A DNA stretch of 63,838 bases, filler included, from Octopus bimaculoides (taxonomy: Eukaryota), in the NCBI RefSeq assembly GCF_001194135.2. It is 7 parts of 7 records of this genome, joined end to end, with 100 filler letters (N's around TTAATTAATTAA, not from the genome) between each part and the next. Parts side by side here need not be neighbours in the genome. Positions count along the whole stretch, not along the records: positions 51,433 to 60,273 come from NC_068984.1; positions 60,374 to 62,140 come from NW_026389315.1; positions 62,241 to 63,838 come from NC_068986.1; 4 more parts are not named here. The stretch is one strand, 5' to 3'. Below the pieces are notes generated by a model. The model was given only the letters and a program-made list of their open reading frames with translations, had not been told where the DNA came from and did no database searches. Positions 51,433 to 63,838 of the stretch are shown here, piece after piece. The first letter of the stretch is position 1; the number at the start of each line of letters is the position of its first letter. The translations under genes were made by a program, and so were the position numbers.

Positions 51433-51790
51433 ATCAGAATATCGGACTGAGGATTGGAATAGGGATTTTTCATTCTCTTAACCATGAAACGATCGTATCC
51501 GATTAACTAAAGACTTGTTTTGTTTATGCTTTCCCCTCCGGTTTTTTGTTCTATGTGTGCCATAAATATCGCCATCCATTTAGAGAAAAATTTGTAGTTT
51601 AGAATTCAGTAGTTCTTTGACTGCTATTTCTAAATTTTCAGTATGTTGGAGAAGCAACTCAATGCTAATCCCTGTATATTTATGATGATAAATGGTTTTA
51701 CCGATAAAGGTTTTTTTCATACTGAACTACTTGGCAAAATTGTTAATTATTAATTCTATTATTAATTGACGATTCCCTGCCCTTATTCTT
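51433..51790 (+). mobile_element. Probable Penelope-like pLTR / retrozyme-type element carrying a hammerhead
   Basis: Contains the ribozyme listed next; its 3' part is repeated at 35151-35282 with an inverted junction; ends in (TA)n. Confidence 0.6.
51441..51503 (+). ncRNA. Minimal type I hammerhead ribozyme
   Basis: Stem I atcgga (51441-46) / tccgat (51498-503); CTGAGGA core 51447-53; stem II tgg..aggga/ttctct..cca; GAAAC 51486-90; palindromic stem III ACGATCGT; GTA triplet 51495-97. Confidence 0.8.
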
Positions 51791-51926
51791 GTATATATAT
51801 ATAGTATATATATAAATAGTATACATATATTACATATATATATATATAGTAAATATATATAGCATGTACATATATATGTATGTATATATATATGTATAGT
51901 ATATATATGTAGTATATATATGTATA

Positions 51927-53290
51927 GATAGCACTGCCAGGCCAGGGATCTCTGAAAGTTGTCCATAGGTCCTGGCCCGAAAGTAGTCTTGAACTGGTGG
52001 GTCAGGTATTCCTTGTTGACGCCCAAGTTCGCCCTGAGATCGTTGTTGTACCTCCCCTCCACTTATCCTCTATAGAATGCTTTGGTTGCGTTGAAGTCGC
52101 TCAAGGTCATTAGCCCTTCCTCGGCCTCTTTTTGATCCAGGACTGCAGTTCCGTCATGGAGACGAGTTGCGTGAAAGCATGCCTCAAAAATGGCAACCAC
52201 ACCTGTTCACCTCTGCCCGACCTTTTAGGGACAGTTTCCTCTCGGCCCATTACCGGGCGAGAGTAGCCACCCTACTCGTTATCTTGTTGCAGTTCTTCTC
52301 CGTTTGGAAGTCCGGACCAAACCAGATAACACAACGGAGGCGCTGCTGGATGGCATGGGCTTGCTTCTCCAGATGCCAAGTCGCAAGCCCACTGACTTTT
52401 CCTGGTTGATTTTCGCTCCTGTTACCACTTCGTAGTCTTTCGGAGTCTCGCCAACCAGCCTGATGTGCTCTTGGCTAGACACTATGATGGGGATGTCGTC
52501 CGCATAAGCGGATACGCTCGTCCTGCATCCCAATTCTTGCGGGATGCCCCTCAGCATCGCCAGCTTACGCAATAGTGGCTCGAGAGTCAATATGTAAAGA
52601 AGCGACAAAAGGGGGCATCCTTGATGGACCAAACATGCAATGTCAAAAGGTCTCGATAGATGCCCATTCACACGAATTACTGAATGGATGCCTCTGTACA
52701 AGGCAGCTATCCAGCCGCCGAAGATGGGACCAAAACCAGCCACTATAAGGACAGCGTCCAAGTATCGATGGTCTACCGTATCGAAAGCTTTGGATTGATC
52801 CAAATTGATCAGGGCCCCACCCATGCCAGGTTCCTTAACTACCCTGTCTATGATGTAGCACATCAGGTGGAGGTTGTCATGGATACTCTGGCCCAGGATG
52901 GTGCACGCTTGCGCCGTGCCGACCAGTTTCTCGATGACAAGTGCCAACCTCTTGGCTAACACCTTGGCCAAAATTTTCAAGTCTGCATTGAGCAGAGTGA
53001 TGGGCCTAAAGTTATCTATTATGTCCCCCTTGTTTGAATCTTTCTTCAGCAGCGTTACGGCTCCTCGGCTAACAAAACCGGGGATGCTCCCATTTTGCTG
53101 CCAGTTGCAGTACACTGGTGTCAAGACGTCTCCAAAGAAGCCTGGCATACAACTGTAAAGCTTATAGGGTAGACCATGCAGATCCGGCGATTTGTTCCTC
53201 AAGCACTCTGCCATCGCATCCTGTTTGCCAAGGGATAACTTCCCTTGGCAAACAGGACACAGTCGTGTGTCGATAAGCCAGCTGGAGGAG
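51927..53290 (-). mobile_element. Second Tx1-clade ORF2 fragment (different subfamily)
   Basis: RPITLLNADLKILAK, GQSIHDN, LDQSKAFD, HQGCPLL, YADD, and GPMDNFQRSLAWQCY homologous to 9330-9380. Confidence 0.9.
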
Positions 53291-53518
53291 ATGTCCTCCT
53301 GGGGCTAAAAGCAACAGTAACATCCACCCCTAGGGGTCAGCCACACTTAAGTGGCAATATACTACACTTTATCGTGCAGTTACTGTTAATACTTCATTTA
53401 GAGAATTAACATTGCTTATATATACATATATATACATCTACACATATGTATACATATACATGTATGGATATATATCTATGTCTATATATATATATATCTA
53501 TCTATCTATACATATACA

Positions 53519-53579
<61 letters not shown>

Positions 53580-54689
53580 CATATATATACATCTATATAT
53601 ATATACATTTATATATATACACATGTATATGGATACATTTGTGCAGATATATATATGCATGTATGTATGTATATATGCCTGTATATATGTGAGAGTATAG
53701 TTTCACTGTAGTAGTCTGACTATGAAAATGAAATCATTAAAGTGAAAGTATCTGTCATTACAGTATCGAAATGTGATTGTTTCAGTTTTGATACTGAAAT
53801 AGTTTCATTTTTGAAGTGAAAGTATTTGACACATGGTTATGAATGTGTTTTTATGGATTTTATTTGTAATTGGGAATTATTTTGAGAGAGAAACTGAGTG
53901 TATGACTTAAGGGATGGCATTTACAAAATGAAATCCAAATATTTCATCAAGTAAAGTTGGACACAGTTTGTATTGAATGAAATGTTTGACTGTCAAAGTG
54001 AAAGTGACTTGTACAGAGAAATTGTGTTGAAAAGTACGCATGTGTATGTATATGTGTGTATTTACGTAGGATTGGTATTGTGTCTGTTTCTTAAACTGTC
54101 AGTGTTTCTCCTTCCTTTCTTTTTGTATTTGTTGTTGGATCGTTTGTAAAGGTTCATAAGAGAAAGTAGGAGTTGAAGGGATTTGCAAAGGTAGTAGGAA
54201 GAGGAAATTAGATTTTATTAGAGGGGAAAATGTTAATTTCTATAGTTTTATGGATTTTATTCATAATTGGGAGTTATTTTGACGGAAAAAATGACGCTGT
54301 GACCTAAGTTATGGTATTTAGAATATTAATTCCGATTCTTTTATCCAAGAAATTTGGAATTGTGTAAATGTATGAATTTTAAATATGTACACACACACAG
54401 AAAATCTGCCTTTTATAGATAAGATAAATGTATTTATGGGGAAGGAATATTGAAAAACATCAATACACGTGAGAGTGATAAAGAAACGAGGAGGGTAAAC
54501 TTTGGATATGCTAGAAACAACAGCCCTGAAATCACTCACTTTTCTCTATCAAAATATTAACAATTTTTGAAAAATATTTTACCAAAAATGCACCTCCCAG
54601 TGTTTTGAAATACAAAAAAAAAATTGGCCAAAATAGGTCCAGAGTGGGATGATGAGGGAGAGTGTGTAAAAAAAAAAGAGTTTACAAGA

Positions 54690-55330
54690 CTTTTTCCATA
54701 CAGAGATGCAACAACCTCCACCCTAACCCCATTATTTTGAAGGCTGAGAGATGGATCCCTTGATTCTGAAATAAACCTGAGAATAGAAAAGGCCAACAAA
54801 GCATTTGGAAGGCTCGAAAATCGTGTGTAGTCTGATAGAGGTATCACCTTCAAAACCAAGCTTAGTATCTATGAATCTTGCATTTTAATAGTCCTCCTGT
54901 ACTCTTCTGAGACCTGGACGACATATCGGCACCACATCAAGGCTTTAGAAAGATTCCATTAGACTTGCCTAAGGAGGATACTATACATCAAATGGAAGTC
55001 TTTAACACCAGACACCGTTGTTCTTCAGCAAGCTAACACGCCCAGTATTGAAATGATCCTCACACGCAATCAGATGCATTGGGTTGGGCACCTTACAAGG
55101 ATGCAGGATGACCAGTTGTCAAAGCAGTTGTTTTATGGGGAGTTGCAGCGTGGCAAACATTCCAAACATAAAATTAAGAAACGTTTTAGGGATGCTGTCA
55201 AAAGCAACCTTAAGGCTCTAAATGTGAAAGTTGAAGATTGGGAGATGATGCAAGATCGATCAATTAGGAAACAAATGATCTGCAATAGATGTAAAGCATG
55301 AAGAACTGAACAATCTATCTTGAAATGAGC
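54690..55330 (+). mobile_element. RTE LINE fragment of BovB-like type
   Basis: RIEKANKAFGRL...KTKLSIY...LLYSSETWTTYRHHIKALERFH...HWVGHLTRM...KQLFYGEL..GK..KKRFRD; distinct from the dominant RTE family here. Confidence 0.7.
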
Positions 55331-56066
55331 ACTTTGTAAACAGGACTTAACTACAATCCCACACATTTTTCTGCTTAAAAAAAAATATTTGTAAGATCTG
55401 CAGTACAATTTGTTTGTCAGGAGCAGGACTTGCTAGTCATATAAGATCTCATGACAGTATTTATTAATTGAAAAGATGGCCTTCTTTTGCAAAGAAGTGG
55501 CAATCCTCATATATACACATATAGTGTGTATATATATATAGTGGAGGCGCAATGGCCCAGTGGTTAGGGCAGCGATTTGATTGAGGACTGGTGGACCAGG
55601 AGGTGACACCAGGCTCCACTCTGATTTGGCAGAGTTTCTACAGCTGGATGTCCTTCCTAACACCAACCACTCCGAGAGAGTAGTAAGTGCTTTTACGTAC
55701 CACCGGCACGAGGGCCAGTCAGGCGGGTACTGGTGACAGCCACTCTCGAAATGGTGTATTTTACGTGTCACCTGCACACGACCCAGACCATCGGCACTGA
55801 CAATGATCTCACTTGAATGTCTTTACTTGTGTCAGGAGGCAACGTTGGTAACGATCAACAGCCATGCTCGAAATGGTGTATTTTACGTGTCACCTGCACA
55901 GCAGCCAGTCCATCGGCAATGTCAATGATCTCGCTCGAATGTCTTTTCACGTGTCACTGGCACAAGTTCAGGAAGGCGACGTTGGTAATGATCACGCTGG
56001 CGCTATTTACGTGCCACTGGCACGGAAGCCAGACAGCTGCTCTGGCAATGATCGCACTCGGATGGT

Positions 56067-56121
<55 letters not shown>

Positions 56122-56378
56122 CACATACATACATATACATACATATATATACATATGTACATACATATACATATATATACATATGTACATACATATATAT
56201 ATACATATACATATATATATATACATACATATATATATATATATACACATACATATATAGACATATATATATACATACATACATATATATATATATACAT
56301 ATATAAATACATATATATAAACATATATATATATATACATATATATATATACGTACATATATATATATACATATATAC

Positions 56379-56427
<49 letters not shown>

Positions 56428-57449
56428 GTACATATATATATATACATATATACATATATATAATATNNNNNNNNNNNNNNNNNNNNNNNNNNNNNNNNNN
56501 NNNNNNNNNNNNNNNNNNNNNNNNNNNNNNNNNNNNNNNNNNNNNNNNNNNNNNNNNNNNNNNNNNNNNNNNNNNNNNNNNNNNNNNNNNNNNNNNNNNN
56601 NNNNNNNNNNNNNNNNNNNNNNNNNNNNNNNNNNNNNNNNNNNNNNNNNNNNNNNNNNNNNNNNNNNNNNNNNNNNNNNNNNNNNNNNNNNNNNNNNNNN
56701 NNNNNNNNNNNNNNNNNNNNNNNNNNNNNNNNNNNNNNNNNNNNNNNNNNNNNNNNNNNNNNNNNNNNNNNNNNNNNNNNNNNNNNNNNNNNNNNNNNNN
56801 NNNNNNNNNNNNNNNNNNNNNNNNNNNNNNNNNNNNNNNNNNNNNNNNNNNNNNNNNNNNNNNNNNNNNNNNNNNNNNNNNNNNNNNNNNNNNNNNNNNN
56901 NNNNNNNNNNNNNNNNNNNNNNNNNNNNNNNNNNNNNNNNNNNNNNNNNNNNATCATCGTCGTTTAACATCCGCTTTCCATGCTAGCATGGGTTGTACGA
57001 TTTGATTAAGGATTGGTGGACCAGGAGGCGACACCAGGCTCCACTCTGATTTGGCAGAGTTTCTACAACTGGATGCCCTTCCTAATGCCAACCACTGCGG
57101 AGTGTAGTGGGTGCTTTTACGTACCACCGGCATGGGGGCCAGTCTGGCAGTATTAGCAGCGGCCACGCTCAAATGGTGTTTTTTACATGCCACCTGCACA
57201 GGAGTCAGTCCAGTGAACGACCTCGCTCGAATGCTAAGTTCGTGGCACTGGCAACGACCTGGCTCGAATATTTAGTTCACAGCACTGGCAACGACCTCGC
57301 CTGAATGTTTTGTTCACGTGCCAGTACGGTAATGCTGGTAACGATCATGCTCAAATGGTGCTTTTTACGTGCCACTGGCACGGAAGCCAGACAGCTGCTC
57401 TGGCAGTGATCCCGCTCAGATGGAGCTATTAGCGCTATATATATATATA

Positions 57450-57612
57450 TATATAGAATTGTTAGCACAACGGGCGAAATGCTTAGCAGTATTTCGTCTG
57501 CCATTACGTTCTGAGTTCAAATTCCGCCGAGGTCAACTTTGCCTTTCATCCTTTCGGGGTCGATAAATTAATTACCAGTTACGCAATGGGATCGATGTAA
57601 TCGACTTAACCC
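57450..57612 (+). mobile_element. tRNA-derived SINE, type B (3'-truncated)
   Basis: gggcgaaatgcttagc...gagttcaaattccgccgaggtcaactttgcctttcatcctttcggggtcgataaatt. Confidence 0.85.
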
Positions 57613-57797
57613 TTTAGAAAAATAGGCATAGGAGTGGCTGTGTGGTAAATAGCTTGCTTATGAACCACATAGTTCCAGGTTCAGTCCCACTGCATGGTAC
57701 CTTGGGCAAGTGTCTTTTACTATAGCCTCGAGCCAACCAAAGCTTTGTGAGTGGATTTGGTAGATGGTAACTGAAAGAAGCCCGTCGTATATATGTG

Positions 57798-57830
<33 letters not shown>

Positions 57831-58168
57831 TTATGCGTGTGTTTGTCCCCCCCAACATCGCTTGACAACTGATGCTGGTGTGTTTACATCCCCGTAACAT
57901 AGCGGTTTGGCAAAAGAGACCGATAGAATAAGTACTAGGCTTACAAAGAATAAGTCCTGAGGTTGATTTGTTCGACTAAAGGCAGTGCTCCAGCATGGCC
58001 ACAGTCAAATGCCTGAAACAAGTAAAAGAGTTTATATATATACATACATACATATATATATATAGGTGCAGGCATGGCTGTGTGGTAAGAAGCTTGCTTC
58101 CCAACCACATGGTTCCGGGTTCAGTCCTTGTGAGTAGATTTGGTAGATAGAAACTGAAACAAGCCTGT

Positions 58169-58205
<37 letters not shown>

Positions 58206-59336
58206 TTATCTGTGTGTCTTTGTGTCTGTGTTGTTCCCCCACCATTGTTTGGCAACCAATGTTGGTGTGTTTACATCCCTGTAATTTGACAGTTTGGCAA
58301 AAGAGACCAATAGAATAAGTACTAGGCTTACAAAGAATAAGTTCTTGGGGTTAATTTCTTTGACTAAAAACCCTTTAAGGTTGTGCTCCAGCATGGCCAC
58401 AGCCAAATGACTGAAACAAGTAAAAAAATAAAAGAATATAATTCTTTTTAACTTAATACAATAAACTGTTCTCTGGTGATCCTTTCTCGTTAAACATCCA
58501 AAAGCACTTAGAACATCCAATGTAGGGCTCCAAGCAACTATAATAGTAAAATGTACATTTTCTATGCTGTCATAGGTTAGACAGTCTGACTGGAGATGGT
58601 AAGCTGGAGAGATACACCGGGCTTCAGTCTGTTTTGGCTTGGTTTCTATGGCTCAATGCCTTCCTAACACCAAATGTACATAGGAACTGATAGCATAAAC
58701 TTGTGTTTATCATAATTTCTCCTACATTTGCCATGTATTTCATAACTAGCAATACTACTAAGTATAGCAGAATGGACAATGATAGTCTACTTAGAGCTCT
58801 AAACTGGACTGAATAACAGTAGCAGTTATACAGCTATTTATACACAGGGAGATAATCCCCTATTGTTTACCCTCATAGCTGAATTATTGCAGTACATCCA
58901 GAAATCGATAGCCCTTAGCAAAAGGCAATAATCCGCTTGTTTACATTTGCTTTTGTATCAAGATTTTTCCCCTCCATATTTTAAAGAGGTCTTAGGCCAT
59001 CAGGTCTTGGAGTCTGATGATATGCCATAAAGCTAAACCCTTTATGGATGGGAAACCCAGGGTAAGCCCATAAACTGGCCTCCACCAGAAAAAAAATATA
59101 TATATATATATATATACATGATAAAGTAGCCCTGATTCTGTTGTATAGTGTAGATACAGCAATATATCTACATACACAAAAAGGCACCCAGCCTTTCACC
59201 TATAAGTGTCATTGTGTTATTTTGACTGCTTGTAACTGCTGTACAAAGATGGCACACTCGTATGCTACATTATCCTCACCACATTAGTTGACTGTAAAAT
59301 TGCATTGACGGAACATCTCTAGCCATTTCTTCAAGA

Positions 59337-59570
59337 TGGCACACTCAATAGCAGAAAGAGTGGAGATTGTGGAAGCATATGTGAGAATGGGTTCTGTTAA
59401 GTAAATGCATGAAACTTCTGAAATCAAGTTTTCGAGTAAGGCTTTACTTGCAAAGAGAATGATACAAATGTTGGTTAAGAAATGGCAGGCACTCTATGGG
59501 GTCAGTGCACAACACCACAAAACAAAGAAATCCTACAGTTTGAAAGCTGGAAGTTATTCAGGACATTTGC
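59337..59570 (+). pseudogene. Tc1/mariner-superfamily N-terminal HTH remnant
   Basis: MAHSIAERVEIVEAYVRMGSVK*...KRMIQMLVKKW resembles transposase N-termini of the ERIFIVE.Y...S type. Confidence 0.45.
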
Positions 59571-60203
59571 CAAACGATTACTCAGAAGTACAAAGAAATC
59601 AACATATAAACTGGCACAGTAATCTCACATAAGCATGTGGTCATGCCAACAGGAGTTGAAAAGTCTAAAGCTGAAGCCGTATCATTTCAACTAAAAATGA
59701 CTGACAAGAACAAACAAGTACATTTACTACCCATGGCATTTGAATTGCAGTTGCAAACAATCAATAGAACACATTTGCAAAAGAAATGCAGAGTTTTTTC
59801 ATGTGCATATACATACATACATGTATATTTACATATACATAAATACATACATACATATACATATATATATATATATATGATGGCTGCCCCCTCGTTATCG
59901 AATATGGCCATGGCACAAAGCTTAACTTAAGGGTGCTGTGACTGAATGTGACTTTTTAGCCCAGCCAAAGTTCTACAATGTCTTGCACAGAGTTGGCATC
60001 CAAAACATTTACTGGCAATAGTTGGCTGTTGTTATATATACATACATATATATATACATATATATATATATACATACATATACATATATATATACATACA
60101 TACATATATGCATACATATATACATACATATATACATACACATACATATATATACACATACATATATAGACATACATATATATACATACATATAGATACA
60201 TAC

Positions 60204-60236
<33 letters not shown>

Positions 60237-60373
60237 CATACATATACATATATATATACATATATATACATATNNNNNNNNNNNNNNNNNNNNNNNNNNN
60301 NNNNNNNNNNNNNNNNNTTAATTAATTAANNNNNNNNNNNNNNNNNNNNNNNNNNNNNNNNNNNNNNNNNNNN

Positions 60374-60408
<35 letters not shown>

Positions 60409-60492
60409 GCACTGTTTTACATTTGTATATCCTTTTTCAGCTGGCTATAAACATAATTTCATACATACATACATACATACATATATGTACAT

Positions 60493-60548
<56 letters not shown>

Positions 60549-60579
60549 TCGGTCATGAATACAGTGATGAATTTAGCAT

Positions 60580-62140
60580 TCAGGTAGGCGTTCACCAGAA
60601 CTTGGTTCTCATCATTATAGTCCTCCAGGCCATAACAGAGGAATTCAAAATTGGGTCCCGTGAGAACTACTATATGCTGATGACCTTACTCTTATTGCAG
60701 AATCTTTAGCAGAATTGGAGAAGATATTCCAGGTATGGAGGCAAAACCTGAAATCAAAGGGCCTTAAAGTTAACCTAGCAAGGACCAAAATTGTTGTTAT
60801 TAAGAAAAAAGATAAAAACTTTCTTTCTGTTGGGTAAATGGCCCTGCTCAATATGTCGGAAAGGAGTTGGAAGAAATTCCATTCGCTGCACCCAGTGTAA
60901 ACTATGGACACATAAAAGGTGCAGTGGAATCATAGGTAGATTAACAGATAAAGTCATCTTTGTATGTGGCAGATGTGCAAGAACGGTAAGTACTAAGAGC
61001 ACACGGAGGCTTTCTTGAGGTTGTAGATAGTTTCTGTTACCTAGGTGACCAAATTAGCAATGGTGGAGGATGCTCTGAAAGTATTGTTTCTAGAATAAGT
61101 ATAGAGTGGAGGACGTTCAGACAGCTATTACCTCTGTTGGCAACAAAAGGACTCTCTCTCAGAGCAAAAGGTAGACTGTATGATGCTTGTGTGTGAATGG
61201 CTGTACTCTATGGTAGTGAGACATGGGTTCTGAATATAGAAGACAGGCATAGACTGGAGAGAAATGAAAGCAGTGTGCCCTGTTGGATGTGTAAATTCAA
61301 TGTGCATGTACAACAAAGTGCAAATGTATTGAGAGAAAAGTTGGGCATAAGAGGAATCAAATGTAGCATGCAAGAGAGAAGACTACATTGGTTTGAAGAT
61401 GCTGCATAAAGAAGTGTCTGTCACTGAAAGTGGATGGTATCCACAGAAGAGGGAGACCCAGGAAGACATGGGATGAAGTGAAAAGGACTGATCTCATGAA
61501 GTTCGACCTCATGGAGGAAATGACCATAGACCGAGATGTCTGGTGATAGGAAATTCTTGAGAAGACCCATCAACTGAGTTCTAGAAGTGCTGTGTGTCCC
61601 ATCCACATTCAACGAGAAAACTTCTTACACACTCTACCACAATGAACCAAACCATGTCTCTACATCTCTTCTCTTCCTCACATTTCCACTCCATGTACTA
61701 TGATTACCTCCCACTCCCCAATCTCGCCCAGTGCCACTGTATCATTGCTCTCTCTTCTTTTACTCAGCCATCTCATTTATACTCTCACCCCCGTTCCTTG
61801 TGAGTGTGCCCGGCATTTTGCCACCATCTCCATCCTGCGGTCTCCCACTCTCCCTCTCTTTTTCTCCTTCTCCTGCACTTCCCTTAGGTTGGCAAACCAT
61901 GTATTTTCTGTCCTCATTCCTGATCTTTCTCTCCCCGGTAACCTTGTACTTCCTTTACAGCAAGATACCTGTATCTGTCTCACTTTTCCTTATCACCTCC
62001 TCCAATGCCTCCCCACCTCTTCAAAGTTTTTGTCTTGAAAGTACTTGGTGACTTTGTCAGTGCAGGTGCCGCTTAAAGAGCACCCAGTCCAAACTGTAAA
62101 GTGGCTGGTGTTCAGAAGGGCATCCAGCTGTAGAAATCCT
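60580..62140 (+). mobile_element. Decayed RTE LINE (RT to 3'UTR/tail)
   Basis: LLYADDL, KWPCSICRKGVGRNSIRCTQCKLWTHKRCSG, LYGSETW, followed by a pyrimidine-rich UTR and the tail motif. Confidence 0.85.
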
Positions 62141-62477
62141 NNNNNNNNNNNNNNNNNNNNNNNNNNNNNNNNNNNNNNNNNNNNTTAATTAATTAANNNN
62201 NNNNNNNNNNNNNNNNNNNNNNNNNNNNNNNNNNNNNNNNACAGACAAATTGAGATTTAATGATGGAAAAACAGGGAAAGAAGGATTGTGGTGTTGAGAC
62301 CGGGGAGAGAGACAGGGGCAGAATGATGCAGGGATTAAGAGAGAGAGGGGGGGGAGAAAGCGGAGGCATGCAAATACAGAAGTATTCAGACGCACAAAAT
62401 GATTCTGAGAAACGGAGATGTAAGTGTCATGAGATCTAAACGGAGGTGGAGACATGGATAAAAAATAGCACTCTTGT

Positions 62478-62520
<43 letters not shown>

Positions 62521-62824
62521 TAGGCACAAGCACACATGCAAAAACACATACATATACATAAATGTATGTATACTTGTATATATGTATATTTCTATGTATG
62601 TATGCTATAACATATTTTATGCTAGAAATAGCAACCAAAATCAATCAGTTCACACCCTAATCTTTGAAAGGAAATGAGGTAAGGATCATGTTGTGTAGTG
62701 TATAGCCCGATACGTAAAATGATGGGTCACTCGTGGCTGGAGATCGACGATCATAAGTCTACTGGATCAGAAATGACCCGGGGCTAAACAACAATAAGAA
62801 AATGAGAATCCTCCTACGTGAAGG

Positions 62825-63280
62825 TAGAAGGGTGAGCGCGTGCGTGTGTGTGTGTGGTGTCTGTGCGTGTGTATGTTTGTGAGCGTGCGTGGGTGCTTGT
62901 GTATATGTGTATGTGTTCGTGTATTCGTTTCTGTGTGTATGTGTGTGTGTGTCTGTGTGTGTGTGTGTGCGCGTGTGTGTGCGTGTGTGTATGCGCACGT
63001 GTGTGTATGTGTTTGTGGGCGTGTGCGGGTGCTTGTGCATATGTGTTTGTTCGTGTATTCGTTTCTTTCTGTATGTGTGTGTATGTGTGTGTGCGTGTGA
63101 GCGTGTATATGTTTTTGAGTGGCGTGGGTGCTTGTGTTAATGTGTGTGTTCGTGTATTCGTTTCTGTGTGTGTATGTGTGTGTGTGTGCGCGCACGCGTG
63201 TATGTGTTTGCGGGCGTGTGTAGGTGCTTGTGTATATGTGCATGTGTTCGTGTATTCGGTTCTGTCTCTATGTGTGTGCA

Positions 63281-63305
<25 letters not shown>
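62825..63305. repeat. Higher-order (GT)-rich tandem repeat
   Basis: About five recurrences of gtgcttgtg...gttcgtgtattcg in a TG matrix. Confidence 0.85.
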
Positions 63306-63311
<6 letters not shown>

Positions 63312-63624
63312 GAAATTATTTCGTGACAAGAGGAAAGGAGAAGTGTATGGCGAAGGGAGAAGGTAAGAGAAGAAATGTTACTATTGTTGCCATAAAGTCC
63401 AAGATCAATCTTGTCTGAGCGGATCTACGATCAAAAAGCGTTCTAGCCATGATCATCGCATCTTACTTCCAGACTAGCGTTCCCCATACCGTATCATACA
63501 TATACGTCTGTTTTCTGGTAGATGCATTGCTGCTATTTCTAGCAGCTCGAATAGTTACATAGATGTTCCTTGGCTGTTGTTGGCTGAATATAAAAGAGTT
63601 AATTTTGTAACAGTGGTTGGCAGT

Positions 63625-63838
63625 TGGGGTGGGGGTGATGATGATGGTAGAGGTAGTAGTGTTGAAGATGAAGTTGATGATAATGATGGCGGTAGTGGTA
63701 GTGGTGTGATGGTGGTGGTGTGAGTGTGGTGGTATGATGGTGGTGGTATGATGGTGGCAATGGTGGTAATGATGATGATGGTTGATGACAATGATGATCA
63801 AGTGGTGGTGGTAGTGGTTGTGGTATTGTGGCGGCGGT
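63625..63838. repeat. (GGT/GAT)n trinucleotide repeat
   Basis: Direct reading. Confidence 0.9.

Noticed and set aside
58576-58598. 23-nt segment with strong splice sites
   Set aside because: It is a reverse-complement RTE tail remnant.

Overview
AT-rich, gap-riddled eukaryotic DNA that is almost entirely transposon-derived. The repeat landscape (tRNA-headed SINEs, RTE tails ending in (GAT)n, dense TA/CA microsatellites, TTAGGG motifs) suggests a coleoid cephalopod, probably Octopus; this is inference, not a database result. No intact protein-coding gene can be supported, only a few splice-bounded candidate exons. Main contents: a near-full-length decayed Tx1/L1-type LINE (5024-10063) and a second Tx1 fragment; several RTE LINE pieces; CR1-like fragments; Tc1/mariner relics including a D37D (maT) copy; hAT- and piggyBac-type MITEs; a solo LTR with a 4-bp TSD; Penelope-like termini; and at least three SINE types. 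The most interesting signals are structural: (1) a complete minimal type I hammerhead ribozyme at 51441-51503; (2) a 140-bp tandem unit in the solo LTR that forms the same three-helix pseudoknot in both copies; (3) a nested ~900-bp palindrome with head-to-head TTAGGG/CCCTAA repeats inside ~190-bp direct repeats; (4) SINEs whose TSDs all begin with AATATT, two of them stacked at one site; (5) a SINE tail resembling the Tx1 3' end. TTAATTAATTAA motifs inside 100-bp N gaps are assembly linkers.
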